Assembly (NCBI RefSeq): GCF_964204645.1
Contig: NC_134029.1
Span: 15,556,950 to 15,620,949 of the forward strand
Origin: Tubulanus polymorphus
Taxonomy: Eukaryota > Animalia > Nemertea
Length of the DNA stretch: 64,000 nucleotides
Direction: 5' to 3'
Numbering within the stretch: the stretch's first letter is position 1; each line of letters begins with the position of its first letter. The notes below the pieces were generated by a model that searched no databases, was not told the DNA's origin, and was given only the letters and a program-made list of their open reading frames with translations. This document shows, piece after piece, positions 38,680 through 52,882 of the stretch. The position numbers and the translations under genes are program-made.

Positions 38680-38935
38680 TTTAGTGGTTTGGAAGAACAT
38701 TCATCCCAAAGTATATATTTGGAATAACAGACCAGGTCCAGTTTCCTTCGTTTGACATTCGGAGGAACATTCTTCCCGAAGTCGATACTTTGAATATCAG
38801 ACCAGAAGGTCAAATTCTCTTCGTTTGACCTTGGGAGGAATATTCCTCCCAAAGTCAATTGTTAGAATATCGGACCCCTTGGTCAGGTTTCCATCGATAG
38901 ACTTTGGGAGGATTGTTCCTCCCAAGGTCAAGTTT
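38680..38935. repeat. Degenerate ~63-bp tandem repeat
   Basis: ttgggaggaa..ttcctcccaaagtc unit, about 4 copies. Confidence 0.7.
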
Positions 38936-39575
38936 CACAATAGCGGTCCTCTTAATTGGTGACTCTCAAAGAACGAGCGGCTCAGAATTCTATTGTGCGT
39001 CTATCGCGCGCTGCGCGTGAATCACTTACGTAATCTTTTCTGTAAATGTAAAGACCTTGGGGGCATTATGTTCTCTAAAGCCCGACATTATCCCACATTC
39101 CGGACTGTTAATAGGTTGATTTTAAGGCAGAGTCGATATGTTTCAACAATTTTTAACTGTTCATTTATGAATATTTGAGGACTTACGAACTAAAAATTAG
39201 TTAAATTTTTGATACATTTTGAGAAAGTCACAAAACATTTGATTCTGCGTAACCAGTGTTCTTTACGAGATGGCAAATAAAGTACAAAATACAAAATACC
39301 CAGATTGACTGACGAAAATTATAATATATTAATTAAACTGTTCGGCGCTTGTAGTAGAAAAAAGTAAAATTAGAAACGCAGGGTTTCCGTGATCGTTAAA
39401 AATGTATATTACTATTTAATTTGGGTTAAACATAGTACAAGCGTGTATCCAAGGCATACCAAGGCGAACATATCAGGCGTGAAGCCCAAAAGTTGGAAGT
39501 TATGAGGATTTTTTGGAGACATTTTGCGTGCATTATATTGTTATCGTGGTCTTTGCCGAAATTAAAACCACCCCG

Positions 39576-39951
39576 GACCCGGTTCCACAGTTCTTGATGA
39601 ACTTTAAACTCAGAGTTAAATTCACTAACTCAGAGTTAAAAGTAACTCAGAGTAGAATCCGGTTCCACAGTTGTGTGTTAAATTTAACTCTAGACTCAAA
39701 TTCCTTAACTCAGGGTGAAATTCTACTCTGGGTCAGACCTGAATTAAAATGCTTAACCCAGAGTTTAAAATGGCGGCATTCTACTTATTAGCGGGTAGAG
39801 AAGCCAAAAATAAAGAATATCGAAGGATTACCAATCTACTCGAAATCACGGATGTTGAATGCTATAATAGATATCGCTTTACAAGAGCGGGTGTGCAGAG
39901 AATCGTTGAAATATGTAGACCATTGATGGCAGAAAACTGTGGAACTGGGTC
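39576..39951 (+). mobile_element. Internally deleted Harbinger element, TSD CCG
   Basis: TIR gacccggttccacagtt / aactgtggaactgggtc; CCG on both flanks; aactcagag subterminal repeats; retains transposase N-terminus MAAF..TDVECYNRYRFTR. Confidence 0.78.
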
Positions 39952-42900
39952 CCGGAGTATAATGCCTGTTACATGAACTTCATTCATTAATTGAAGCATC
40001 ACACATACACTCAGAGATCACCGTCAATACGGTACACAGTTTCATTGGCTTATGTGTATGGACTGTACTATTATCGAAAATAGGATGGGAAGGAACTGTC
40101 TGGGCGATTACACTATGCTTTGTAGGGAAGGTACATATGTCATATGCGCTATCACTATTACATGTACACCACATGCATTTCATTATTGAAACAGATCGTT
40201 ACATTGAAATACACTAAAATAAGAACACCGTAACGTCCTTAGAGAATGAATAATCAATTTATTTTCACAATTCCTCAAAGAATTAAAGAAGGGGGAAAAT
40301 GTCCGTTTAACGGTATAAACAGCCTCATGGAAACCCTGGAAACGAGCATTTGTTTTCACTGATAAAACTGGCATCTCGTGCATCCACTCACTAGTTTTTT
40401 GTCACTTTTAAACTCTGTCTTCGACCATTTGGACCTTATAGCCCCCTTGTTAATTTAGTTATGTATTTGTTGTTGTAACTACATTTCGTTTCGGAAGAAC
40501 GCTGGGTTGTTACGTATATTCATGCTTCATAAACGTTCGCGTCACACACTCGCTGCTATCTGGTATATTTTGATCTTAAAATAGGGATTGACCCTGTGAT
40601 TTATTTGATTGGTAAATTTCGTTTGATTTTTTGATTTGGTGTCCCTTACAAACCCACCACACCTGCCGGGAACGAAACAGGGGGTTTGATTTTGAAATCG
40701 GAAATCGAAGTACAAATATAGTTGTGTGATCGGCGGTCGAGTTTACAGAATTTTTTGTTTAAATCGAAGTACATAATTTGAAATTTTCGGTTCCGGTTCA
40801 TTCAAACAATCATCCAAGCGACTGATTGGGGTTAATTTAGTTGGCTGCCTAATTTAATACATCAAGATTTAGGAAATAACTATATTACAAGGTTGAAGAT
40901 CATTTTGTCAATTTTTAACATTTTTTTGGTCGTTTTCCACGTGTAAATAGTCCGAATGTTTATTGTAGCCTTTCCTCGGGTAGATGTTGGTGTAAAAATC
41001 CTCTAAGTTGATTGTCCCGCGTGCTGACTAGATAAAACGGAAGCACATTTTGAAAAGCAAATTATCCAGATGAGAGTTTGGTCCTGGTATCCGAAGTGTA
41101 GTTGTATGACATCGACGGTGCACGCTCCGATGAGGATAGGTTTCTCCGTCAAGGGGTGCAGTTGGTACTTCACATCTGGTGCTGAGTTTGCCTAAAAGTA
41201 AAAGTTGTACACGGGGAGCAGTTTGGTGTTTCTAATATACAGTGCATAGTTAGGTCCGTGGATGCGTCGCGATCAAACAGACAGTGCTATGCGCATTGAT
41301 AGACCGTCAGTAAGAAAGCGACACAGGCACGCGAGTTTGATTAATACAACGATACATATGTACAGTCCTGATCGGGTTTTATTTACAGGCATGATAAAAA
41401 AATTGCATGCCACTCTGGCGGCTATCTGACAGTGCTAGCGTAATGGAAGACCGTCAGTGATCACCAAGGCGGCACGCCCAGTTAATCATTTGTCACAATT
41501 AGGTTTTTTTTTTGGTAGGTCTTAATGAGACCGGTGTCAGGAGGCAACCTTCCAATCACCACTGCACAAAAATAGCTATCTGGTATATTAACGTGTGCAT
41601 GTATATGAAAAGTATGCCATGTGCGTGGGCTCGTTAGGCCGATATTGGTATACTAGAATTTCAGGGTAAATCTTGAATTTCTCAGTTTTGTCATGTTGTA
41701 ATGGGTCCAAAAATCGAATTTTTGCTAACAAATGAGGTTATTACTTTGACACGAAGTCATGCAATCTGCTATGTTAATGTGCAAAATGTAGCTTCATCAT
41801 GCGGCTAAAATCTGTTGGATATGGAATTTTGAATATCGCGTTCATTTAAGAGAAATCGACGATTTTTGTGACGATTTTTAAAGAAATTTTAAGGAGCATT
41901 TCGTTTCATAAAACGGCTAGGAGGCCGATGTACAACATTACATTGAAGTAAATTAACTGCTCCCTGCGGTTGGCTGAGATCCCGCTGTCAATCAATGCAA
42001 GGGCATATTCGATTGACGCAGACAAACCGGTCTTTTAATCTTCTCATCTATATCTATTAATCTGCTCGGTTCTAGTTTCTCATTTCCCAATCATGGGAGA
42101 GTCTTATATGTTAATTTTTAATTTGATAGCCGTAGTATCGATTCCGTCTCCCCATATCTATTTCATTATGCAAATAACCGAAGATTCAATCGATACGCTA
42201 CTTCACAGAAGATTATGCGCGCACAATCGAATATGCCCAAACCTCGTGTATTGCCGCGATGATTGCTGATTAGATTTCGATGATGTTGTTCGCCGAAATC
42301 AGCAGATTTTTTACATCCATGAAGTGTTCAAGGAAAACCTTACAGATGCATCAATCAGATGGCACCTATACATTACAAAGATAACATTCTTCGCCCGAGA
42401 TATTAAGATCCGTGGATCTCTTGTTTAAAAAGTACTGTTATTGAACACTATAGATGGGTAGAATTACCGCTGAAAGTGGTCAGATAACGGCAAAGGCATG
42501 TTTTTGGGAGTCAAACAAGACCCCTCCGATCTCAAAGCCCTTAGCAACGGCCCTTAGCAACGTGTTCTAAGTTACTTTTAGAGGTGTTAAACTGATACTA
42601 TTTATTACCGTGCAGTGCTGCCATCTACAATAGATTCACAATAGACTTTATAACCCAAAACATTGATCTGAAGGTCGTTGGGTGTCTTTTTTTGAAAGAA
42701 ATGAAAATCATGAAATTTTACGGAATTTTGACTTTTACAGAATTTCGTAGCATATTTTGCTTTAGTCTCGTGAATACATGCTTCATTGGGCTTTTAAGGG
42801 GTAAACTTTAAACTGTTATCTATCAATGAGGAAAGTTAAAAACATTCGAAGAAAAAGAAAAAAAGTTTACGGGTTATCCAATCAGCCCACCCCCTGCTAG

Positions 42901-44719
42901 AAATAGCCAGCCACCAAGGGTGAATGCAATAAATTCAGCATCAGGATGAAAATTATGGCAACTTCTGCACAATATGGTGACACCGGAGCTACCTGCAGGG
43001 TAACCGGCATTCAAATGAGCAATTTGATAGGTGTAATTTGAACAATTTGATAACCTACTAAAGTGTTACATTTTAGATAAATTATGTCAAATTCCTTGAG
43101 AAATTTCTAAAAATTTGTGTTTTCTCGCAATCATCATTTACGGCTGACGCACATTACCGAAAACATGATTTTGAAAAAAGTATTTGAGGTAGAGCCTTGA
43201 AATTTGAAATACTTGTTATCTATACATAAAGCTAGTGCATGTGCCTTGAAAAAGTTAATATCTACGTTATGGTAGGCTAGGTACCTCTATGAATATATAA
43301 TTAGGTAGAAAATTTTTGAAAAAAATTGTGTAGTTTCAACTTTAAAAATAATTTTTTGAAAAACATAACTTGTGTAAACACTAGATAGAGGCACAAGCAC
43401 TAGCCATGTTAATTATGAACCAAATGCTGAAAGAATTATGTCAATATATCAATTCGTTTATATTTTAGAGTGTTTTTCGTAAACCCATCTAATTGCGCAT
43501 AAAAATCCACCTAATTAGCATAAATTTAAAAAAAAATTAATTTTTGAATGTGTAACATTTTCTATAGAGGTCATACTACCGTAGGTCTAATATCTGTAAC
43601 TTGCTATTTGAAGAATTTAGAAATTCTACTATACCAATTTAAGTGTTCCTGGAAACTACAAATGATTCCACTGCCAGGGTTCGATGGGGCTGTGAGAGCA
43701 GGTACATGCGCAACTTTGCCGCACAAAAACTTGCCTCATTTCTTAAAAAGTCGCTCCAGTTGGTAGTGAATTTGGAATAAGATGGACAGTGAATGGCAGT
43801 GAATTTGGGTCAGCAGTGGCATAGACCACCTTGCACCGCACACTCCATGTTAAAAACTAACGGCAAACGCGCATTAATCTTTAAAAATGGGAGTAAGCCT
43901 ATATTTTAATCTTCATGACTTATAAATTTTTAAACACTAGCTTGTTTAGAGTATATTTCTTAATGTTTAATTTTGATACTGGAGTATATACCATCATGTA
44001 AATTTAGAAAAGTCCATGTTAAGAATTTCGTTCCTTGTTTGGAATTTAGCACGAAATATTGGGTCAGTTTAGATGTCCGAAAATAAAGGTGGAAAATAAA
44101 GGTTGTTGGTGATCCAATATGGCTGCCAGGGTGGCCATCTTGAATTCCTCGCTTGCCGCCCAGCAGTTATCGGAAGAATGTGCACACAACTTGGTGTGAG
44201 CATCAAAGCATGTAAGCTGTCCACCCCATTGAATATCGAGGTCATCGGGTCTCAAATGTGGCTGCCAGGACGGTTATCCATCTTCGATTTCTTTTTAGCA
44301 CGATACCACCAGCATTTCCTGATAAGTTGTATGAACTTAATGCGAGGTTTTGGGTACGTGGGATGTCCACTCCAAATGAAAATCGACTTCGTCGGCTACC
44401 AGGGAAGCCATCACCTGTTCACCCAGATTCGGGGTATTACAGGGTTTACAACATCAGTAAAACACCAATCACATCGTCGATATAAGAAAGTATCCTCTAC
44501 GCTTACGTTGCCACCCCATCGAACCTTTTACACAATAAATCATATATGATAAAGGTCGTGCCAGTATTGGTGAGAATTCGTACACTGGAAATAACATGTC
44601 TAAATATTATAAGGCATTCCCTCATACGACACAACGAACACATGGAAAAGGTTATAATATCTAGAAACATCGCTTATAATGCTATTTCAGCTATACTTAT
44701 AAATGATGATATTTTGTAG

Positions 44720-44842
44720 ATAAAAACGAATGTCGTGATTTAGGAGATGTGTGTTTTAATGGTCGATGCAAAAATGTTGTTGGTAGTTATACTTGTCAAT
44801 GTCAACCTGGATTTAGTGTGGATGCTAACAAAAATTGTAAAG
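44720..44842 (+). CDS. Fibrillin-like host gene, cbEGF exon
   Basis: ttgtag|...|gtaagg, 123 nt; DKNECRDLGDVCFNGRCKNVVGSYTCQCQPGFSVDANKNCK. Confidence 0.94.
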
Positions 44843-46271
44843 GTAAGGTATTTAATCACTTTTTGGTTACACTTCAGGTTTGAGTGTAAAAAAGTAATCG
44901 CAATGTCGAAATCATATCAGCTTGAAGCGATCGGGCATTTTATTTTTTTCGTGATGGGTGTTATGATATATTGAAAACATTTGTGGCTCTATGCTGTTAC
45001 TTTGATTCGCAGGCTGCAGAACATTGTTATGCACATGTTTTGTTTTTTTCGACATAGAAATCTTAAAGGAGATTAGTACAAACGGAGATCTCGGCTACGA
45101 TGCTGCCTTAAAACTTTGTATTCAGTTCACCGAGAACTAGCTTGAAAGCTGTTTTGCCCTTTTCTCTGCCCTGTTTATGCTATCCTTACTCTTTCTCCAA
45201 CGCAATAGACGCAAATCGGATATTCGCACTGCACACCCCTTCTACACCTCTAACAAGGTGTAATTCTTGTTTCTCGTGAACCATTAATGATGAGCACAAT
45301 ATCCTCACTTTTTCACAAGTTACACACACACCGGATGGTTATCGAACGGTAACCAACTGAACGTTTCCATGACTATGTAAGAACAGAGAACATTTGGGTA
45401 GGGGACCAGTCGATGGGAGTGCTGACCCTTACGTATTGGTTTTTGGCCCGGCCCAAAGTGCTGGGGTGGTGGCCCCTACCACTCGTTCACGGTAGCTAGG
45501 CTGGTCATATCTTTCTTATCCTCGATTTGATGCAATTTCGTGTACCCGATGGCCAAAAGAGCGTACATGTAGGGGGATGGGGCTGGGGAAATTTCTTGAA
45601 AAATCTGAGCGTCCCAGGGGCAAGTGGTATTCCAACTTCGACATGAGCTGTGTGTCAGGATATTTGTTTTCCAGCAGCGTGTGTTTTGTGACAAACCTAA
45701 CTAATCATGGATGGTGGTACCCGAAGAAGGTGATAACGTGGCAATCGTGGATTCTACGTGTAGCTGGCCAGGATCCACCAGGTTCGCCATTCGACAGTTG
45801 GTTGTCCGCGTTCGTTTTCTTCTTCATTTCGATTAAATCTGAATGAAATTTTCTCAAATGAATCGTTTATGAAAACTGTACCGAATTCCGAGTAGAAGAA
45901 TGAAAGTATCGTATATTTGATGGGTGCTGTGATATAATATTTGGAATCTGGACTTGAAAATCCAGTCCAAAGTTCATTGAAAATGACTTTTCGACAACGG
46001 ACGACCTACAGCTCGTCACGCAATCTTATGCTGATTTTGTGGATTCCCCATTATTGGCAAGAAATCTGTCACTCATCTAAACATCGATCGTGAAATACAA
46101 TTCTTTTATTGTCGAAATACAATTCTTTTATTATAAGTAAAATAAATTCTCGCAAGCTCGAATTTATTTTTTCGACCCTTCAACCTTTGACTTGAAACAA
46201 CCTATTCCCTATTTTTCTTATAATATTCATATTTATGAATATGAATGACTTCTAAAATCAATTTTGATAAA

Positions 46272-46610
46272 AAATTTGATATTAAAATGGAAAGCGAATT
46301 CCTAAATAGAATAAAATATACTACAAATGTAAAATCTGTAGATTATAAATTTAAGAAGTTAACAGAATTAACATTACATAAGAAATATTTAATTACAAAT
46401 ATTTATATAGTTACTAACAAATATGGAGATAAATTAGTTATTCACTTAGAATATGAAGGATTAAAAGGAAATATTAAATTCAGAACATATTTACCAGATA
46501 GATTTCGTAGATTATCAAGTAAAGATTTAGAAGAATTATGTTCTGGGGATTTCTATTTCATATACAAAGGTAAGAATGAAAAATGGCACCATGAAATAGA
46601 TTTTGAATAA
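46272..46610 (+). CDS. Copy of the 117-aa Polinton protein
   Basis: Near-identical to 24864-25217. Confidence 0.6.
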   Translation, partial: KFDIKMESEFLNRIKYTTNVKSVDYKFKKLTELTLHKKYLITNIYIVTNKYGDKLVIHLEYEGLKGNIKFRTYLPDRFRRLSSKDLEELCSGDFYFIYKGKNEKWHHEIDFE

Positions 46611-48574
46611 TAAAAAATCAATTTTAATGAAAAATTTTATATTAAAACGGAAGCAAATAAGAAGTACTACTGTCCAACATGTAAAATCAATATAGATAAA
46701 TCTCAAAAAGCAAGACATAATAAAACTAAATCACACTTAGAAAATAAATTGAAATTAGAATATAAAGATGATATATTAAAAACTAAATTAGAAGAATTAA
46801 AGACTGAAAAAGAAATATATAGATGTGTTACATGTAATCAATCATTCGGTGATAAAAGATATCATAAAGAACATTTAAAATCTGAAAGTCATATTAGAAA
46901 TACTAATAATGAGTGAAATAATATAAAAAGTAACGAGTTAAAGAAAATATAAATTTTAAACATAAAAAGTGTGAGTAAAGTGTGAGAAGTAATTCATATC
47001 TTAACAGATTTCGAATAAAATCATAGTCAATTAATCAAATTTTTAAATATAAAAAGTAACGAGTAATTAACGAGTTGAAGAAAATATCATTAATTACACA
47101 TAAATGAATGAACAGATACTACAGTTCAAAGATATCGATGTAAATGAATTAGAAAAATATTTTACAATTAGAAATTTTATTCCTATTAAAGATTTGATTA
47201 AAACTGCACGTTTTCGTTTTCAAGCGAAAAATATTACTGAATTAATATTTAAAAATCATTATCTAATGGTGAGTTATCGAATGAAAAAGATAAAATCTTA
47301 TTCAATACACTAATTCCAAAATTCACTTGAAGAAATAGATCGACATTTAATAATTACAGATGAAATGCAATCACTTTAAAATAATGAAAATTCACATAAA
47401 ACATTATTTTTACACTTACGTTATTGCCCTTTCAGAGAATGCTATGTAATGTTTTTCAGAGTAGAAGAAAAAAGATATATCCCTGTCATTCCAAATGAAA
47501 AATCATTGAAAGATGTGGGAATTCAATGTGAATTAGATGATAATAAGTGTTATAAAGATGTTGGAATTCAATGTAACTTAGACAATAAAATTGATACATC
47601 GAAATATAATCCTAATGAAATCGTTTTATGTAATTGTGGAAAATATTATACTCGAAGAATTAGATCACACCATCTTAATTCAAAATATCATAACTCAAAA
47701 TAATAATTCAACTCTAAATATTCAAAATAAGATATTTCAAATTACTTTTTTTCTTAAATAAATGTATGATTTCAACATTCCAACCGGAAGTAGTGATTTG
47801 AAACATTATTTAGTTGCTGGAGGTTTAATATTAGCTGCACTTTACTTTTACTATGAGAATATTAGTAAAGATCTAATGAATGAAAACATAAATTGAGTAA
47901 AAAGTTTAAGAAGTTAAATGGGTATAATCATAGAAAAAATAACAATAAAAAAGTTAATGATTTAAAAGAATTAGAGGATTAAAACAGCATCTTTTAATTT
48001 GATTTATTTTATATGTTTTAACTATAAAAAAGAGTGAGAGTAAGGTATTAGAAATATTACATCTAATATATAAAAATCGACAGAATATTAAATCAATTAT
48101 TATGCTTACAGGATTAGTTTCTTTTTCATTTTATAGTATAAAACAGTAGTAATTGGGAAAGTGGGCTTTCAGATCAGAGTACGAGAGTACGAGACACCAC
48201 TCATCACCACAAGTATTTTTTTTTCTTTTAAATGGGGGAGAATGAACAACATACAGAAAACAATAATGTCAATAAAAATCAATATTATTTTCCATATTGT
48301 AAAAAATACATCGATAAATCCCCAAAATCACGTCATGAAAAAACGTAGATAGACAAAAGTAGTGTGTTTAGAAAAATTAATTTTTTTTTTGCTTTTTTCC
48401 TAAAATAAACAAACTTTTTAATATAAAAGAGGCTAATTAAATGAAAAAATTGTTCAATGTTAAAAGTGTGAGTAAAATAATTTAGATTTTCAATGTTAAA
48501 AGTGTGAGTAAAGTGTGAGTAAAATAATTTAGATTTTCAATGTTAAAAGTGTGAGTAATAATTTTGCTATATAA

Positions 48575-49291
48575 ATGAAAGAAGAAATGGAATTTAAAAT
48601 TGAAACAAAAGAATTTAATGAATTATTTTCACTATTTAACATTAAAAATTGTATCTCAGCAAAAAATTTAGTGTATGGAAGACAATATAAAATTGATGAT
48701 ATTACTGTAATTAATCAGATATTATTAAATGAAACATATTTAATTACTGAACTAATAGATACTCTAGATAATGGTGCCAAAATCCTAAAATATTTAATAC
48801 AGTTTTAAATTATAAAGGTAATTTAGATGAAAACATAATAAATATTCTTAAATTTCCTTTTAATGAAAGAGAAAGTGATATAATACTTTCAAAAAGTAAT
48901 GATAGGATAGACTTAAGAATTGAAACGACAATTATATTATTGTAATTTTGATAATAAACAAATTATCTATAATGAAAATTCATCAAATATGGGAATTCAA
49001 TGTGATTTAGAAAACAATAATTCTTTTAAAGATATTGCAATTCAATGTGATTTAGAAAACAATAATTCTTTTAAAGATATTGCAATTCAGTGTGATTTAG
49101 AAAATAGTAAATCTTTTAAAGATATTGCAATTCAATGTGATTTAGAAAATGAATTCAAAAGATTTAATCCTAATGAAAAAATTGTTATTGCGGAGGTAAA
49201 TATTCAAAATCACATAAATCAAAGCATTATCAAACAATTAAACATAAAAACTGGTGTAAAGAGTAACAATTCTACATTAAAAATAAATTAA
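48575..49291 (+). pseudogene. Accessory ORF with KDIAIQCD repeats, frameshifted; mirror copy at about 52950-53656 (-)
   Basis: ORFs 48575-48808 and 48920-49291; mirror ORF 53131-53559; paralogue at 47104-47703. Confidence 0.6.
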
Positions 49292-49339
49292 ATAGTCAAA
49301 TAATTATTGAATTAAGTTAAATGATTTAAATATCTAATA

Positions 49340-49585
49340 GACTGTTAAAATAATAAATTGTCAGACTGTTAAATGTTAAATTGTTTGACTGTTAAAATAA
49401 TAAATTGTTTGACTGTTGAAATGTTAAATTGTTAGACTGTTGAAGTGATAAATTGTTTGACAGTTGAAATGTTAAATTGTTTGACTGTTAAAATGTTTAA
49501 TTGTTCGACTGTTAAAATGATAAATTGTTTGACTGTTGAAATGCTAAATTGTCAGACTGTTGAAATGTTAAATTGTTTAACTGTA
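49340..49585. repeat. 21-22-bp minisatellite in the left arm of E
   Basis: gactgttgaaatgttaaattgttt-type units. Confidence 0.85.
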
Positions 49586-49698
49586 AATTTAATTGTTATT
49601 TGATTTAATCATTTAAGAGTTTAATATTTTAAAAATGATTATAAAATATTTAATTAAAAACTAGCAAATATTTATTAATTTTCTAGTTTCTTAAATAA

Positions 49699-49896
49699 AT
49701 GGATGGTTTCATCCCAACTGGGAAAAGTGATTTAAAACATTATCTTGTAGCAGGAGGATTAATATTTGCGGCATTATACTTTTACTATGAAAATATTTCA
49801 AAAGATTTGATGAATGAAAATATAAAATTGAGTAAGAAATTGAAAAAATTAAATGGAAATAAAAATAATCATAAAAAAGTTATTGAATCAGATTAG
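49699..49896 (+). CDS. 65-aa single-TM accessory protein; mirror copy 51938-52135 (-)
   Basis: TAAATG start; HYLVAGGLIFAALYFYY; third copy at 47762. Confidence 0.55.
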   Translation: MDGFIPTGKSDLKHYLVAGGLIFAALYFYYENISKDLMNENIKLSKKLKKLNGNKNNHKKVIESD

Positions 49897-49916
49897 TGAA
49901 TTAATTAAATGAATAA

Positions 49917-50219
49917 ATGAGTGGAAATATATTAAACTTATTACATCTAATATATAAAAATCAACAGAATATTAAATCAATTATTGTGCTTACAGGTTTA
50001 TTTTCATTCTCAGTTTATACTATAAAACAGTTGTTAGAATTTTATGATTCTTGTAAAATTAGATACGCTGAATTGAAAGATAACATAAATTATATTTCAG
50101 ATCGAATAAATAATAGTAAGTGTTGTGAAGTATGTAATACAAGATATAAAAATTTAAAGAGTTTAAAAACTCATAAATATATTCATGAATTAGATGAGAA
50201 ATTTCATAATTCAAATTGA
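49917..50219 (+). CDS. 100-aa TM plus C2H2 zinc-finger accessory protein; mirror copy 51615-51917 (-)
   Basis: CEVCNTRYKNLKSLKTHKYIH; TAAATG start. Confidence 0.55.
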   Translation: MSGNILNLLHLIYKNQQNIKSIIVLTGLFSFSVYTIKQLLEFYDSCKIRYAELKDNINYISDRINNSKCCEVCNTRYKNLKSLKTHKYIHELDEKFHNSN

Positions 50220-52249
50220 GAATAAGACTGTTAAATTGGTTGAAAATATAAAAATAGATAATATTATAACTATTTTTATTTTTAGATTAATAATTTATAT
50301 TTATAATTATTATAAAACTAATTTATATATATATTTACTAGACGTACGAGTAAGAATGTAAGAAAGTAAGATTTCTTGGATTCTTGGATTCTTACTCGTA
50401 CGTCTAGTACATAGATATATAAATAGTTTTATCATATATGTTTCTGTTTCAATATTTATTTATCTCACGGATTTATTATAAATATTTGGACAAGTATAAA
50501 TCATATTTAATTATGTATTAACATTTATAATTAATAAAAGAGGATTACAATGAACCCGCTAGATTGTTTAACTGTTTAAGTATTAAATTGTGTACATTGT
50601 ATATTCATAAATTAAATGAAATAAATCACGACTAAGACTGTTAAATTAGTTGAACTGTATGAAATATTGTATGAAATATTAGTTAATTAAAAAAGGGGGT
50701 TGAGGTATCAATGTATTAAATACATATTAAATACGTATTAATGTATAAAATGCATATTATGTTTTATTTCTGAAAATAAAGTAACAGAAGTAATTTATGT
50801 TTTAATTTATTCAAATATGATATTGTAAATTCTTTACATTTGACTAGGATAATACAAGAGTGATATTAGTTAGTTGGCTTATTCAATAAGAGAAACAATG
50901 AAATAATACAAGAGTGATACTAACAGTTAAAGTTATTGAATTTCTTGTTAAATCTATTTGAATTCTAGTCAATCCTTGTTAACCAATAGCGTGAATAGAA
51001 ATCAAAAAGATTTAAATAAAAAAACAATAAGTTAAATAAGTTAGTATTAGATAAAGTAACTTATTGTTTTTTTATTTAAATCTTTTTGATTTCTATTCAC
51101 GCTATTGGTTAACAAGAATTGACTAGAATTCAAATAGATTTAACAAGAAATTCAATAACTTTAACTGTTAGTATCACTCTTGTATTATTTCATTGTTTCT
51201 CTTATTGAATTCGTGATTTATTTCATTTAGTTTATGAATATACAATGTACACAATTTAATACTTAAACAGTTAAACAATCTAGCGGGTTCATTGTAATCC
51301 TCTTTTATTAATGATAAATGTAAATACATAATTGAATATGATTTATACTTGTCCAAATATTTATAATAAATCCGTGAGATAAATAAATATTGAAACAGAA
51401 ATATATGTGATAAAACTATTTATATATCTATGTACTCGACGTACGAGTAAGAATCCAAGAAATCTTACTTTCTTACTTTCTTACTCGTACGTCTAGTAAA
51501 TATATATATAAATTAGTTTTATAATAATTATAAATATAAATTATTAATCTAAAAATAAAAATAGTTATAATATTATCTATTTTTATATTTTCAACCAATT
51601 TAACAGTCTTATTCTCAATTTGAATTATGAAATTTCTCATCTAATTCATGAATATATTTATGAGTTTTTAAACTCTTTAAATTTTTATATCTTTTATTAC
51701 ATACTTCACAACACTTAATATTATTTATTCGATCTGAAATATAATTTATGTTATCTTTCAATTCAGCGTATCTAATTTTACAAGAATCATAAAATTCTAA
51801 CAACTGTTTTATAGTATAAACTGAAAATGAAAATAAACCTGTAAGCATAATAATTGATTTAATATTCTGTTGATTTTTATATATTAGATGTAATAAGTTT
51901 AATATATTTTCACTCATTTATTTATTTAATTAATTCACTAATCTGATTCAATAACTTTTTTATGATTATTTTTATTTCCATTTAATTTTTTCAATTTCTT
52001 ACTCAATTTTATATTTTCATTCATCAAATCTTTTGAAATATTTTCATAGTAAAAGTATAATGCCGCCAATATTAATCCTCCTGCTACAAGATAATGTTTT
52101 ACATCACTTTTCCCAGTTGGGATGAAACAATCCATTTATTTAAGAAAGAAATTAGAAAATTAATAAATATTTGCTAGTTCATAATTAAATATTTTATAAT
52201 CATTTTTAAAATATTAAACTTTTAAATGATTAAATCAAATAACAATTAA

Positions 52250-52882
52250 ATTTACAGTTAAACAATTTAACATTTCAACAGTCTAACAATTTAACATTTC
52301 AACAGTCAAACAATTTATCATTTTAACAGTCGAACAATTAAACATTTTAACAGTCAAACAATTTAACATTTCAACTGTCAAACAATTTATCACTTCAACA
52401 GTCGAACAATTAAACATTTTAACAGTCAAACAATTTAACATTTCAACTGTCAAACAATTTATCACTTCAACAGTCTAACAATATAACATTTCAACTGTCA
52501 AACAATTTATCATTTTAACAGTCGAACAATTAAACATTTTAACAGTCAAACAATTTAACATTTCAACTATCAAACAATTTAACACTTCAACAGTCTAACA
52601 ATTTAACATTTCAACAGTCAAACAATTTTTCATTTTAACAGTCGAACAATTGAACATTTTAACAGTCAAACAATTTAACATTTCAACAGTCAAACAATTT
52701 ATCATTTTAACAGTCGAACAATTAAACATTTTAACAGTCAGTCAATTTAACATTTCAACTGTCAAACAATTTATCACTTCAACAGTCTAACAATTTAACA
52801 TTTCAAAAGTCAAACAATTTATTATTTTAACAGTCGAACAATTTAACATTTAGCAGTCTGACAATTTATCATTTTAACAGTC
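52250..52882. repeat. Expanded 21-22-bp minisatellite in the right arm of E
   Basis: aacagtcaaacaatttaacatttc-type units with ~86-bp higher-order periodicity. Confidence 0.9.

Noticed and set aside
40400-43900. Possible additional genes or transposons in this intron segment
   Set aside because: Looks repeat-derived, but I could not establish TIRs, TSDs or protein motifs by eye
52283-52465. Repetitive 60-aa ORF (NCLTVEML)n
   Set aside because: Chance translation of the minisatellite
52250-52882. Possible CRISPR array
   Set aside because: Contiguous degenerate units with no unique spacers, no cas genes, and a eukaryotic context
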